Below, piece by piece: positions 17,575 to 26,005 of a stretch of DNA of 64,000 nt (within the stretch, counting starts at the first letter, position 1; each line of letters opens with the position of its first letter). Below the pieces are notes generated by a model that worked only from the letters and a program-made list of their open reading frames with translations, had not been told where the DNA came from and did not search any database. The position numbers and the translations under genes were made by a program. Source of the DNA: Chloroflexota bacterium (GTDB lineage Bacteria; Chloroflexota; Limnocylindria; P2-11E); the NCBI GenBank assembly GCA_021787445.1, contig JAJYLV010000004.1:17095-81094 (forward strand). The letters are read 5' to 3'.

Positions 17575-19415
17575 CCGACGGCGTCCCCGACGCTCGGCTC
17601 CGCGGGCGAGAAGTCCGACGGCAGCTGCTGCGTGTCGCGCTCGCGCACGACGCGGTCGAGGAACGCGTCGAGCGCCACTCCGCGCTCCTCCTCGCCCTTC
17701 CCCGCCCCGCGCGGACGGACCGACACGGTCCCGCTCGCCGCCTCCCTGCCGCCGACGACGAGGATGTAGCTGGCGCGGCGGTGCTGCGCTTCGCGGATGC
17801 GCTCGCGCATGTCCGCGAGGGGCGGCTCGTCCAGATGGACCCGCAGCGCGCGCTCCTCGAGGCGCGCGGTCACCGAGCGCGCGTACTCCAGCGCGTCCTC
17901 GCGGATGGGCACTACGGCGACCTGCTCCCAGTTGAGCCACAGCGGGAAGCTCCCCGCGTAGTGCTCGATGAGGCCCCCGACGAAGCGCTCGAGGCTACCG
18001 AAGAGCACACGGTGGATCATGACGGCACGCTCCCGCTCGCCCTTCTCGTTGACGAAGGTGACGTCGAAGCGCTCCGGCAGGTTGAGGTCGATCTGGATCG
18101 TCGGTCCCTGCCACTCCCGGCCGATGGCGTCCCGCACCTTGATGTCGATCTTCGGCGCGTAGAAGACGCCGCCGCCCTCGTCGATCTTGTACGGGACCTC
18201 GCGCACACCGAGCGCCTCGCGCAGCGCGCCTTCGGCGCGGTCCCACATCTCGTCGGTACCGAGGCGCCGCTCCGGCCGCGTCGAGAGGTAGATGACCGGG
18301 TCGCTGTACCCGAAGAGCCGCATGAACTCCATGGCGAGGTCGAACACCTTGCCGATCTCGCCCTGCGCCTGGGCCCAGGTGCAGAAGATGTGGCTGTCGT
18401 CCTGGGTGAATCCCCGGACGCGCTGCATCCCGTGCAGCGTGCCGCCGCGCTCGTAGCGGTAGACGGTCCCGAGCTCGCCGATCCGCAGCGGCAGCTCGCG
18501 GTAGGAGCGGATGCGCGACTGGAACACCTTGATGTGCCCGGGGCAGTTCATCGGCTTGATCCAGAAGCGCTGCGTCCCCTCGTCGAGCAGGAGGGGGCCG
18601 TACATGTTCTCGCCGTACTTCTCGAGGTGTCCCGACCGCTCGTAGGTGCGCTCGTGGGCCATGTGCGGCGTGTACACGAGCGTGTACCCCCGCGCGCGGT
18701 GGACGCGCCGCCACCACGACTCCAGCTCCTCGCGGACGACCGAGAGACGCGGCAGCCACAGGACCAGCCCGCTCCCGAGCTCGTCGTCGATCCGGAACAG
18801 CTCGAGGTCGCGGCCGAGGACGCGGTGGTCGCGGCGCTCGATCTCCTTCAAGTGGTCGATGTAGGCGTCGAGCTCCTTCTGCGTCGGCCACACCGTCCCG
18901 TAGATCCGCGTGAGCTGAGGGCGGGTCTCGTCGCCGCGCCAGTAGGCGCCGGCGATGGACATGAGCTTGAACGCCGTGATGCGTCCCGTCCGCTCGACGT
19001 GGGGACCCTTGCAGAGGTCGACGAAGCCGCCGTGCCGGTAGATGCTGACGGTCCCGTCGTCGGCGCCTTCGGCGCGGTCGAAGCTCCGGATGAGGTCGAC
19101 CTTGAAGTCCTGGCCGTTCTCCGCGAAGAGCCGGAGCGCCTCGTCGCGCGGCATCTCGCTGCGCTCGAACGGCACGTCCGCCGCCGCGACCTCGCGCATC
19201 CGCGCCTCGATCCGCCCGAGATCCTCGGGCACGATCGGGCGCGGGGTCTCCAGGTCGTAGTAGAAGCCGTCCTTGATCGCGGGCCCGATCCCGAGCTTCG
19301 TACCGGGGAACAGATCGAGAACGGCGCCCGCCATGAGGTGCGCCGTGGAGTGCCGGAGGGGCTGGAGCGGATCCTCCCCGCCGTGTCCGGCCCTGCGTCC
19401 GAGCTGCTTCGCCAT
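17571..19415 (-). CDS. thrS: threonyl-tRNA synthetase
   Basis: 614 aa with class II core motifs and an HxxxH zinc site (HSTAHLMA). Anticodon-binding C-terminus. Synteny with infC-rpmI-rplT-pheST. Confidence 0.9.
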   Translation of the reverse strand: MAKQLGRRAGHGGEDPLQPLRHSTAHLMAGAVLDLFPGTKLGIGPAIKDGFYYDLETPRPIVPEDLGRIEARMREVAAADVPFERSEMPRDEALRLFAENGQDFKVDLIRSFDRAEGADDGTVSIYRHGGFVDLCKGPHVERTGRITAFKLMSIAGAYWRGDETRPQLTRIYGTVWPTQKELDAYIDHLKEIERRDHRVLGRDLELFRIDDELGSGLVLWLPRLSVVREELESWWRRVHRARGYTLVYTPHMAHERTYERSGHLEKYGENMYGPLLLDEGTQRFWIKPMNCPGHIKVFQSRIRSYRELPLRIGELGTVYRYERGGTLHGMQRVRGFTQDDSHIFCTWAQAQGEIGKVFDLAMEFMRLFGYSDPVIYLSTRPERRLGTDEMWDRAEGALREALGVREVPYKIDEGGGVFYAPKIDIKVRDAIGREWQGPTIQIDLNLPERFDVTFVNEKGERERAVMIHRVLFGSLERFVGGLIEHYAGSFPLWLNWEQVAVVPIREDALEYARSVTARLEERALRVHLDEPPLADMRERIREAQHRRASYILVVGGREAASGTVSVRPRGAGKGEEERGVALDAFLDRVVRERDTQQLPSDFSPAEPSVGDAVG

Positions 19416-19640
19416 GTCGCCCCCCTATGACAACAACGACCGCCCGTCTACTGGGACGAGGCGGTCGCTCGCGGTTCCACCCAGCTTCCGCCGGCCGACC
19501 GGCGGCGCTTCACTCCGGCTGTACGGGGCCGACCCTCGGCGCTCGGCGGTGGTCGCCCGTCGCCCGCTGCCCACCGGCTCTCACCCTCCCGGCTCGCTAG
19601 GGGGTGCTCGGCGGGGGCGCTGTCCGCGTCGTCGCGCCCG
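19416..19640 (-). promoter_or_regulatory. T-box riboswitch-like leader of thrS (specifier ACC)
   Basis: The minus-strand RNA contains AAGCUGGGUGGAACCGCG (matches the T-box core AAUUAGGGUGGNACCGCG), a candidate specifier ACCA (GCGACCACCGCC), AG-box/GNUGA-like elements (GUGAGAG, GGAGUGA) and a terminator hairpin CGACCGCC-N14-GGCGGUCG followed by UUGUUGU, 20 nt before the SD GGGGGG and the ATG. Confidence 0.55.
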
Positions 19641-19652
19641 CTGAGGATACCC

Positions 19653-20291
19653 CTACGTGAGGAGCACGCCGCTGAAGATGACGATCACGGCGACCATGTT
19701 CGTCCACTCGACGACGCCGGTCGCGCCGGTGAACGCCGCCGTCCCTCCCGCGGCCGCGATGAACACGCCCACCGCGATGATCACGTTCGCGACCGCGCGG
19801 CGTCCCTGGTGCCGCTTGCTCACGAACACCCACGCCGACCACAGCGCGCCGCCGATGAGGATGAGGCTCCCGATCCCGCTGCCGATGCCCGCGAGGATCC
19901 GCGGGAGCGGCACGGCGTCGAAGCCCTTCCCGGTGTCGGCGGCCGTCGCGAGATCGACCGGGCTCGCGGCGACGGCCGCGACCCCGACGACGGTGAAGGC
20001 GACGAGGACCCAGGTCGACCATCTCGCGACGCGCGGCGGGGTGAGCAGATAGATCGTGCCGAGGGCGAGCCAGGCCACGTTGAGGATGGCCCCGAAGAGG
20101 TAGAAGACCTTGTAGTCGAGCTCGGTGACGCCGGCGATCTGCCGTACGAGCCCCGCGAGCGATGCGAGGGCGAACATGCCGAACCCGATCGCCCAGGCCC
20201 CGAGGTAGGGACGCCGGCGGCTAGACCAGCGCACCGCGAGGTAGACGCAGAAGACGGCGCTGACGACGAACGAGAGCGTGGCGGCGGTCAT
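19653..20291 (-). CDS. hypothetical integral membrane protein (6 predicted TM helices)
   Basis: 212 aa, strongly hydrophobic with regularly spaced helices. No recognisable motif. Confidence 0.6.
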   Translation of the reverse strand: MTAATLSFVVSAVFCVYLAVRWSSRRRPYLGAWAIGFGMFALASLAGLVRQIAGVTELDYKVFYLFGAILNVAWLALGTIYLLTPPRVARWSTWVLVAFTVVGVAAVAASPVDLATAADTGKGFDAVPLPRILAGIGSGIGSLILIGGALWSAWVFVSKRHQGRRAVANVIIAVGVFIAAAGGTAAFTGATGVVEWTNMVAVIVIFSGVLLT

Positions 20292-20333
20292 GCCGCCGCC
20301 ACGCTACACGCTAGCGAGGGTGAGAGCGAGCGC

Positions 20334-21410
20334 CTACTGTCCGTAGACCTTCTTGATGAAGCCGCTCGTATCCAGCTCCTTGACGATGCTCATGTCGACG
20401 AGGTCCGCGACCTTCAGCTTCTTCGCCTTCGCGTTCTTGCTGGCGACCTCGTCGATCACCCGCTGCATGCCCTCCTGGCTCGGATAGGGGATCTGGGGGA
20501 AGACGTCCACGTATGCGGAATAGCCGGTGTCGATGAACTTCTGATCCTTCGACTTCAGGTACTTCGCGATGACGCCCTTCGCGAACGCGGCATCGGTCTT
20601 CCAGCGATGGATCGCCTCGATGCTGCCCTTGACGAGCGCGGTCGCGGCGTCCCGGTCGCTCGTGAGCCACTTCTTCGTCACGGCGATACCGACCTGCTGC
20701 TCCGGAATGTTCAGGGAAGCCATGTCGAACACCTGGTGCGCCCCGATGTTGAGCGCCAGCACGTCGTTGGGCGGCGACACCGCGATCGCGTCCACCTTTC
20801 GTTGCGCGAGGAACGACACCTGCCCGGTCGGGTTCTCCGCGCTGATGAAGTCGAAGCCGCTCATCGTCGTGCCGATCTTGCTGGCGATCGTCTCCCACGC
20901 GAAGTAGTCGGCGGTACCGACGCCCGTCACACCGACCCTCTTGTTCTTGAGCTGGTCGAGCGACGTGATGCCCGGCATGCTCATGATGCGGAAGATCGTC
21001 TTGTTCACCCAGCCCATGATCATGACGACGTCCTCGCCGCCGGCCTGGGCACCGACGACCGCCGACCCGGCCACGCTGGTCGCATCGATGTGTCCGCTGA
21101 CCATCGCGGCCATCCCCGCCGTGCTCTTGGCGATGTACTCGAGGTCGAAGGTGAGCCCGTACTTCTCGAAGTAGCCGGCATCAACGGCGACCGGCCAGAT
21201 CATCTGGTTCGCCGTCAGCGCGACCCATGCTCCCGACGCCTTCAGAGCCTTGGCCGCCGCGGACGCGCTCGGGCTCGGCGCTGCCGCCGTCGCCGCGGCG
21301 GACGCGGACGGTGACGGGGCCGCGGCGGGCGCGCACGATGAGATCACCACCAGCCCGCCGAGCGCGGCGGAGGATCGCAGCAGCGAACGGCGCGTGAGGC
21401 TCTGTCCCAT
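20334..21410 (-). CDS. ABC-type substrate-binding lipoprotein, NMT1/THI5-like (NitT/TauT family), Tat signal
   Basis: Twin-arginine motif (TRRSLLRSS) plus lipobox (ISSCA). NMT1-like periplasmic binding fold. No cognate permease or ATPase gene is adjacent. Confidence 0.75.
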   Translation of the reverse strand: MGQSLTRRSLLRSSAALGGLVVISSCAPAAAPSPSASAAATAAAPSPSASAAAKALKASGAWVALTANQMIWPVAVDAGYFEKYGLTFDLEYIAKSTAGMAAMVSGHIDATSVAGSAVVGAQAGGEDVVMIMGWVNKTIFRIMSMPGITSLDQLKNKRVGVTGVGTADYFAWETIASKIGTTMSGFDFISAENPTGQVSFLAQRKVDAIAVSPPNDVLALNIGAHQVFDMASLNIPEQQVGIAVTKKWLTSDRDAATALVKGSIEAIHRWKTDAAFAKGVIAKYLKSKDQKFIDTGYSAYVDVFPQIPYPSQEGMQRVIDEVASKNAKAKKLKVADLVDMSIVKELDTSGFIKKVYGQ

Positions 21411-21601
21411 GTAGCCCCTCCTTGTCGTGAGGGGATGCTAGCGTGCCGCTTCGGCGAAAGTGTGCGTTCCGCGACGTCCGGTCTTGAGCTCCTGGACGCG
21501 GAGGCGCCGGAGGTGCAGCGGCGACGCTTGCGGCTCGTGGGTCTCGCGTGGCGCATCGCGGACATCGCAGAGGTGACGCCGCTGCCGCGGATCTCAAGCC
21601 G

Positions 21602-21675
21602 TGGGCTGAAGAGGGCTCGAACCTCTGACCTCTTGCATGTCAAGCAAGTGCTCTGACCAGCTGAGCTACCAGCCC
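21602..21675 (-). tRNA. tRNA-Val (anticodon GAC)
   Basis: Cloverleaf: acceptor GGGCUGG/UCAGCCC, D arm GCUC...GAGC, anticodon arm CUUGC-UUGACAU-GCAAG, T arm AGAGG-UUCGAGC-CCUCU, discriminator A. No encoded CCA. Confidence 0.85.
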
Positions 21676-21690
21676 CGTCGAAGCACCAGT

Positions 21691-22815
21691 CTACCGCCAC
21701 GCGCGGGGGCGGTCGACCTCTCTGCGCTCCTGTCCGAACGCGCGAAAGCCCGCGGCCGGAGCGTCCTTCGCGAACAGGAGGACGCGGAACGCCCCCAGGC
21801 CGTTCGGATCGAGCAGCGTGTCCACGGCGGAGCGCCGGCTTGCGGCGCGCAGCTGCTCCAGGGGCGTCGACGGACGCGCCGCAGCCTCGCGGGCGCCGAG
21901 CGCGAGCAGCACCTCACGCTGCGTCCGTGCGCCGGCCAGCCGCAGCCCGGCGCCCTCGGCGGCGCGCCGTATCGCGGTGACGTTCACCGTCGCGGTGATG
22001 TCGATCTCCCCCGGACGCTGGAGCGGGTCGCCCATCAGGCGGTGCCGGCTGAACCCGCGGAGCGTCCCCTCGCCGAGGCGCGCGAGGAGACCCGCCTCGT
22101 CGTCGGCGTAGTCGATGAGGAGGAGGTAGCCGCGCGTGAGCGCGGCGGCGATCTGAGCGACCCAGCTTTCGGCCGCCAGGCTCACCTCCCAGCGCCCCCC
22201 CATCGGCAGCGTCTCCGGCACACGCCACCGCAGATCGGGCCGGCTGGCCGCGCGCAGCGTCTCCACGAGCCGGCTTCCCTCGGCGGCCACGTACACCTCG
22301 CGCACGCCGTCCTCGGTCCGCACCAGGACGTGGACCGGGAAGGCGTCGAGCACCTCGTTGCCGAAGATGAGACCGTGGATCGGCGCGAGCCCGTGCGCCG
22401 CCGTCGCCCACCGCAGCTCGCGCCCGCCGAGCGCGATCGCCTGGAGGTCGCGCAGGCGTGGCGACACCTCGACGATCGCGGGACGGGCTCCGCGCGCCGC
22501 GTCGGGACGCTCCCGCTCCAGAGCGGCGAGGAGGTCGCGCATGACGATGCCGCGCCCCGCGCCGGCCTCGACCAGGTCCCAGGCTGCGGGCCGCCCGAGC
22601 GCGGTGTGTGCGTCGATCGCCATCCGCGCGAGGGCGCGGCCGAAGGACGGACCGAGATCGCCCGACGTGAAGTAATCGGCGTCCTCGAAGCCGATCGCGG
22701 CGCGCGTGGTGTAGTAGCCGTCCTCGGGGTCGAAGAGGGCCGCTTCCATGAAGCTGGCGAAGGTGATGGGGCCGTTCGACCGGATACGCGCGATCAGACG
22801 GTCGGCCAGCGCCAC
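21691..22815 (-). CDS. SAM-dependent methyltransferase, MidA/NDUFAF7 family (DUF185, COG1565)
   Basis: LIARIRSNGPITFASFMEAALFDPEDGYYT N-terminus and Rossmann-like motifs (EAGAGRG). The start is uncertain; a GTG near 22815 is proposed. The track ORF extends to 23535. Confidence 0.7.
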   Translation of the reverse strand: MALADRLIARIRSNGPITFASFMEAALFDPEDGYYTTRAAIGFEDADYFTSGDLGPSFGRALARMAIDAHTALGRPAAWDLVEAGAGRGIVMRDLLAALERERPDAARGARPAIVEVSPRLRDLQAIALGGRELRWATAAHGLAPIHGLIFGNEVLDAFPVHVLVRTEDGVREVYVAAEGSRLVETLRAASRPDLRWRVPETLPMGGRWEVSLAAESWVAQIAAALTRGYLLLIDYADDEAGLLARLGEGTLRGFSRHRLMGDPLQRPGEIDITATVNVTAIRRAAEGAGLRLAGARTQREVLLALGAREAAARPSTPLEQLRAASRRSAVDTLLDPNGLGAFRVLLFAKDAPAAGFRAFGQERREVDRPRAWR

Positions 22816-23528
22816 GCGCCGAGGGTAGTCGCTCCCGACGGGCGGGAGGTCGCGCTCGGCGTCGGGAAGGGGTGGAAGCCGCTCTCGACGTAGTGGTCTC
22901 CGGCCCACGTGAACGTGCGCAGGATCCGCGGGTCGAAGCGTCCCCCGGCGACCCTGCCGCTCCCCTCGAGGACCGCCACGCGCCCCGGCGCGAGCTCGAT
23001 CTCCGCGAGCGCGCCGACGGGCCGGCGCAGAAGCTCCTCCATCCGCCCGCGCACCCATCGCGCGATCACGACCTCGTTCCGGCCGCAGGCCGTGCCGCCG
23101 CACTGGCCCACGACGTAGACGAGGTGCTCCTCGCCCGTGCCCGACGGGACGACAGCCAGCCTGAGGATGCGCCGCGCTTGTGCGGTCGCGGCGCTCTGGA
23201 ACGTGAGGTCGACGAGCGGCGACGCCGCGCCCGGCGGGCCGACACGCAGGTGCTGCGAGAGGACGGGCGGCTTCACCCTCACCCAGGTCTGGCGGAGCTC
23301 GACCTCGAGCGGTGGACCGCCCTGCTGTTCGATGGGGAAGGCGCAGCGCGCGTCGTTCCCCACCGGGAGGTACTGCCGCAAGGCGCAGAGGTCGTCGTCG
23401 ACGGGCGCCGCCGCGACCGCCGTCGAACGCGGCGCGAGAAGTCCCGACCAGTCGGCCAGGATCGCCCCGACCGCCGCCCAGGCGAGCACCGCGACGGAGA
23501 CCGCCAAGAGCCGCGCGCCCCTCCGCAT
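22794..23528 (-). CDS. hypothetical protein with N-terminal signal-anchor
   Basis: 244 aa. Hydrophobic N-terminus (LLAVSVAVLAWAAVGAIL), coding-like composition, and co-directional with the flanking genes. Confidence 0.45.
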   Translation of the reverse strand: MRRGARLLAVSVAVLAWAAVGAILADWSGLLAPRSTAVAAAPVDDDLCALRQYLPVGNDARCAFPIEQQGGPPLEVELRQTWVRVKPPVLSQHLRVGPPGAASPLVDLTFQSAATAQARRILRLAVVPSGTGEEHLVYVVGQCGGTACGRNEVVIARWVRGRMEELLRRPVGALAEIELAPGRVAVLEGSGRVAGGRFDPRILRTFTWAGDHYVESGFHPFPTPSATSRPSGATTLGAWRWPTV

Positions 23529-23575
23529 CCGGCAACGATCCTAACGGCGGGCATCGTCCGCGGCCCCGGTCCGGC

Positions 23576-25990
23576 TCAGGCCCCCCAGCGAGGCGGCGCC
23601 GGCGGACGGACCTCCGGCGGACGCACCCTTCCGCGACGCTCCTCGCCGTCGGTGGGGATGGCCTCGCTCGGCTTCCAGGTCCGCGCGACGGCCAGCTCCT
23701 CCTTGGCGACGACGGTCCGCCCGAAACGCTGGTACACGGAGAGCTCGAAGTTCGGCGTCTCGCCGAGCGCGGCGTGGGGGCACACTTCGACGCAATCGCC
23801 GCAGTAGATGCAGCGGGTGATGTCGAGCTCCCACGTCTCGAGGTCGCGCTCGCGCATCATGAGCGCGCCCGTCGGGCACGTCTCCGCGCACGCCCCGCAC
23901 GACACGCAGTCGGTGTACTGGAGCGACACGTTCCACGGGGTCGTGACGATCGAGTCGTACCCGACGCCCATGAGGCCGTAGCAGTTCGCGCCGATCACGT
24001 CGCGGCAGATGCGCACGCACTGCGTGCAGTTGATGCACTTGTTGAGGTCGCGAAGGATGAAGTCGTGGCTGAAGTCGTACTCGTAGTCGTGGAAGTCGCG
24101 CGGCTCCGCCCGGTGGAAGCGGTTATCGGTCAGGCCGTGCTCGAGCGAGAGGCGCTGCAGGTGGCAGCGGCCGACGTCCGGGCACACGCACTGTAGGCAG
24201 CGCGCGGCCTCCTTCTCGGCCTGCGGCTTGGCGTATCCGTTCTCGATGAGCTGGAAGCTCTGCACCCGCTGGTCGAAGGGCAGGAACGGCATGCGGACCT
24301 GCGGCTCCTCGGGCTTGTAGGGCACGATGTCGATGAGCTCCGGCACCGACTCCTCTTCGGTGATCTCGGCGGCGACGCGCGCCATGTCGGCGCCGCTCAG
24401 GTACTGATCGATCGCTTTCGCCGCGAGCTTGCCCTGCGCGACCGATTGGATGACCGTGACCGCGCCCATCTGACAGTCGCCGCCGGCGAAGACGCCGGGG
24501 CGGTCCGTCATGAGCGCACCGCTGGCGACGATCGTCTCGCGCCGCGTCTTGCGCAGCCCCGGCGACCCCTCATACCAGTCGAGGTTCGGGACCTGGCCGA
24601 TCGCGGGGATGACGGTGTCGCACTCGATGACGAAGTCGGAGCCCTCGATCGGGACGGGACGCCGCCGGCCGGAGGCGTCCGGCTCGCCGAGCGCCATGCG
24701 CTGGAACTCGACGCCGCCCACGCGGCCGTCCTTCTCGACGACCTTCACCGGGGCCGCGAAGAACTCCAGCCGGATGCCCTCGTGCTCGGCGTCGTCGACC
24801 TCGCTGTAGTGCGCACCCATCTCCTTGCGCGAGCGGCGGTACACCACCGTCACGTCCGCGCCGAGGCGGCGCGAGGTGCGCGAGCAGTCGAACGTCGTGA
24901 AGCCTCCGCCGATGACGACGACCCTGCTGCCCTTCCCCACCGGCACCGGGTCGCCGGAGGCGTTCTGGTTCAAGTAGCTGATGGCCTCGATGACGCCGGG
25001 AAGATCCTCGCCGGGGATGCGGAGCTCGTTGCTCCGCCACGCGCCGAGCCCGAGGAAGACGGCGTCGTAGCCCTGCGCGAAGAGGTCATCGACCGTGAAG
25101 TCTCGGCCGAGCATCATCCCGCCCTTGAACTCGGCACCCAGCTGCCACACGCAGTTGAGCTCCTTGTCGAGCTTCACCTTGGGCAGGCGGTACTCGGGGA
25201 TGCCGTAGCGGAGCATCCCGCCCTGCTTCGGCATCATGTCGAACACCGTCACCTGGTGGCCCTTGAGCGAGGAGTAGTAGGCGCACGTCATCCCCGCGGG
25301 TCCCGCGCCGACGACGGCGACCCTCTTCCCCGTCGCCGGCGCCTGCGGGAACGGCGTCGGCGCCTTCTCCATCTCCGCGGAGAGCTCGCCGAAATAGCCG
25401 TGGCACTGGCGGATGGCGATCTCCTCCTCCACCAGGCCGCGGCGGCAGACCTCCTGGCACGGCGCCGGACAGACGAGGCCGAGCGCGTACGGGAACGGAA
25501 GCGTCTCCTTGAGCACGCGCGCGGCCTCGATGTGCTGGCCCTTGGCCTCGAGCTCGAGGAAGCCGGGGATGTCGATGTGCGTCGGGCAGCCGACCTGGCA
25601 GGGCGGCATGCAGTAGGCGTTGTGATCGCTGAGGATGTACTCGAGGTTCTGGCGTCGCTTCGTGAAGAGGCCGTCGCTCGTCGCCTTGATCTTCATGCCG
25701 GGCTGGACGGGCAGGTGGCACGACGGCATCGGCCGCTCGAAGCCCTCGATCTCGACGAGACACATGCGGCACGCCGCCGCGGGAGCGAGCTTCTCGTCGT
25801 CGCACAGCGTCGGGATGTTGTATCCGGCGCGTTGGGCCGCGCGGAGGATCGACTCGCCGATGGCGGCGGTGACCTCCTGGCCGTCGATCTCGATCGTGCA
25901 CGTGGGCATCCCCGAGGGGATCTCCCCGTGGTGCGACACGGTGGGGATCTGCGACTCGGTCGATTGGACGTACCGTTCGAGGATGCTCAC
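23576..25990 (-). CDS. multidomain iron-sulfur flavoprotein: NuoG-like N-terminal [2Fe-2S] ferredoxin + GltD-like FAD/NAD(P)H oxidoreductase + NuoG-like [4Fe-4S] motif + 2x[4Fe-4S] ferredoxin
   Basis: N-terminus TIEIDGQEVTAA...CDDEKLAPAAACRMCLVEIEG...PSCHLPVQPG (NuoG/2Fe-2S). Then CMPPCQVGCPTHIDIPGFL...LVCPAPCQEVC...KRVAVVGAGPAGMTCAYY...YGIPEYRLPK (GltD family). Then CINCTQCVRIC (NuoG N4-like), CVSCGACAETCP and CIYCGDCVEVCP. Confidence 0.8.
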   Translation of the reverse strand: MSILERYVQSTESQIPTVSHHGEIPSGMPTCTIEIDGQEVTAAIGESILRAAQRAGYNIPTLCDDEKLAPAAACRMCLVEIEGFERPMPSCHLPVQPGMKIKATSDGLFTKRRQNLEYILSDHNAYCMPPCQVGCPTHIDIPGFLELEAKGQHIEAARVLKETLPFPYALGLVCPAPCQEVCRRGLVEEEIAIRQCHGYFGELSAEMEKAPTPFPQAPATGKRVAVVGAGPAGMTCAYYSSLKGHQVTVFDMMPKQGGMLRYGIPEYRLPKVKLDKELNCVWQLGAEFKGGMMLGRDFTVDDLFAQGYDAVFLGLGAWRSNELRIPGEDLPGVIEAISYLNQNASGDPVPVGKGSRVVVIGGGFTTFDCSRTSRRLGADVTVVYRRSRKEMGAHYSEVDDAEHEGIRLEFFAAPVKVVEKDGRVGGVEFQRMALGEPDASGRRRPVPIEGSDFVIECDTVIPAIGQVPNLDWYEGSPGLRKTRRETIVASGALMTDRPGVFAGGDCQMGAVTVIQSVAQGKLAAKAIDQYLSGADMARVAAEITEEESVPELIDIVPYKPEEPQVRMPFLPFDQRVQSFQLIENGYAKPQAEKEAARCLQCVCPDVGRCHLQRLSLEHGLTDNRFHRAEPRDFHDYEYDFSHDFILRDLNKCINCTQCVRICRDVIGANCYGLMGVGYDSIVTTPWNVSLQYTDCVSCGACAETCPTGALMMRERDLETWELDITRCIYCGDCVEVCPHAALGETPNFELSVYQRFGRTVVAKEELAVARTWKPSEAIPTDGEERRGRVRPPEVRPPAPPRWGA

Positions 25991-26005
25991 GACGTCACTC
26001 TCTCC

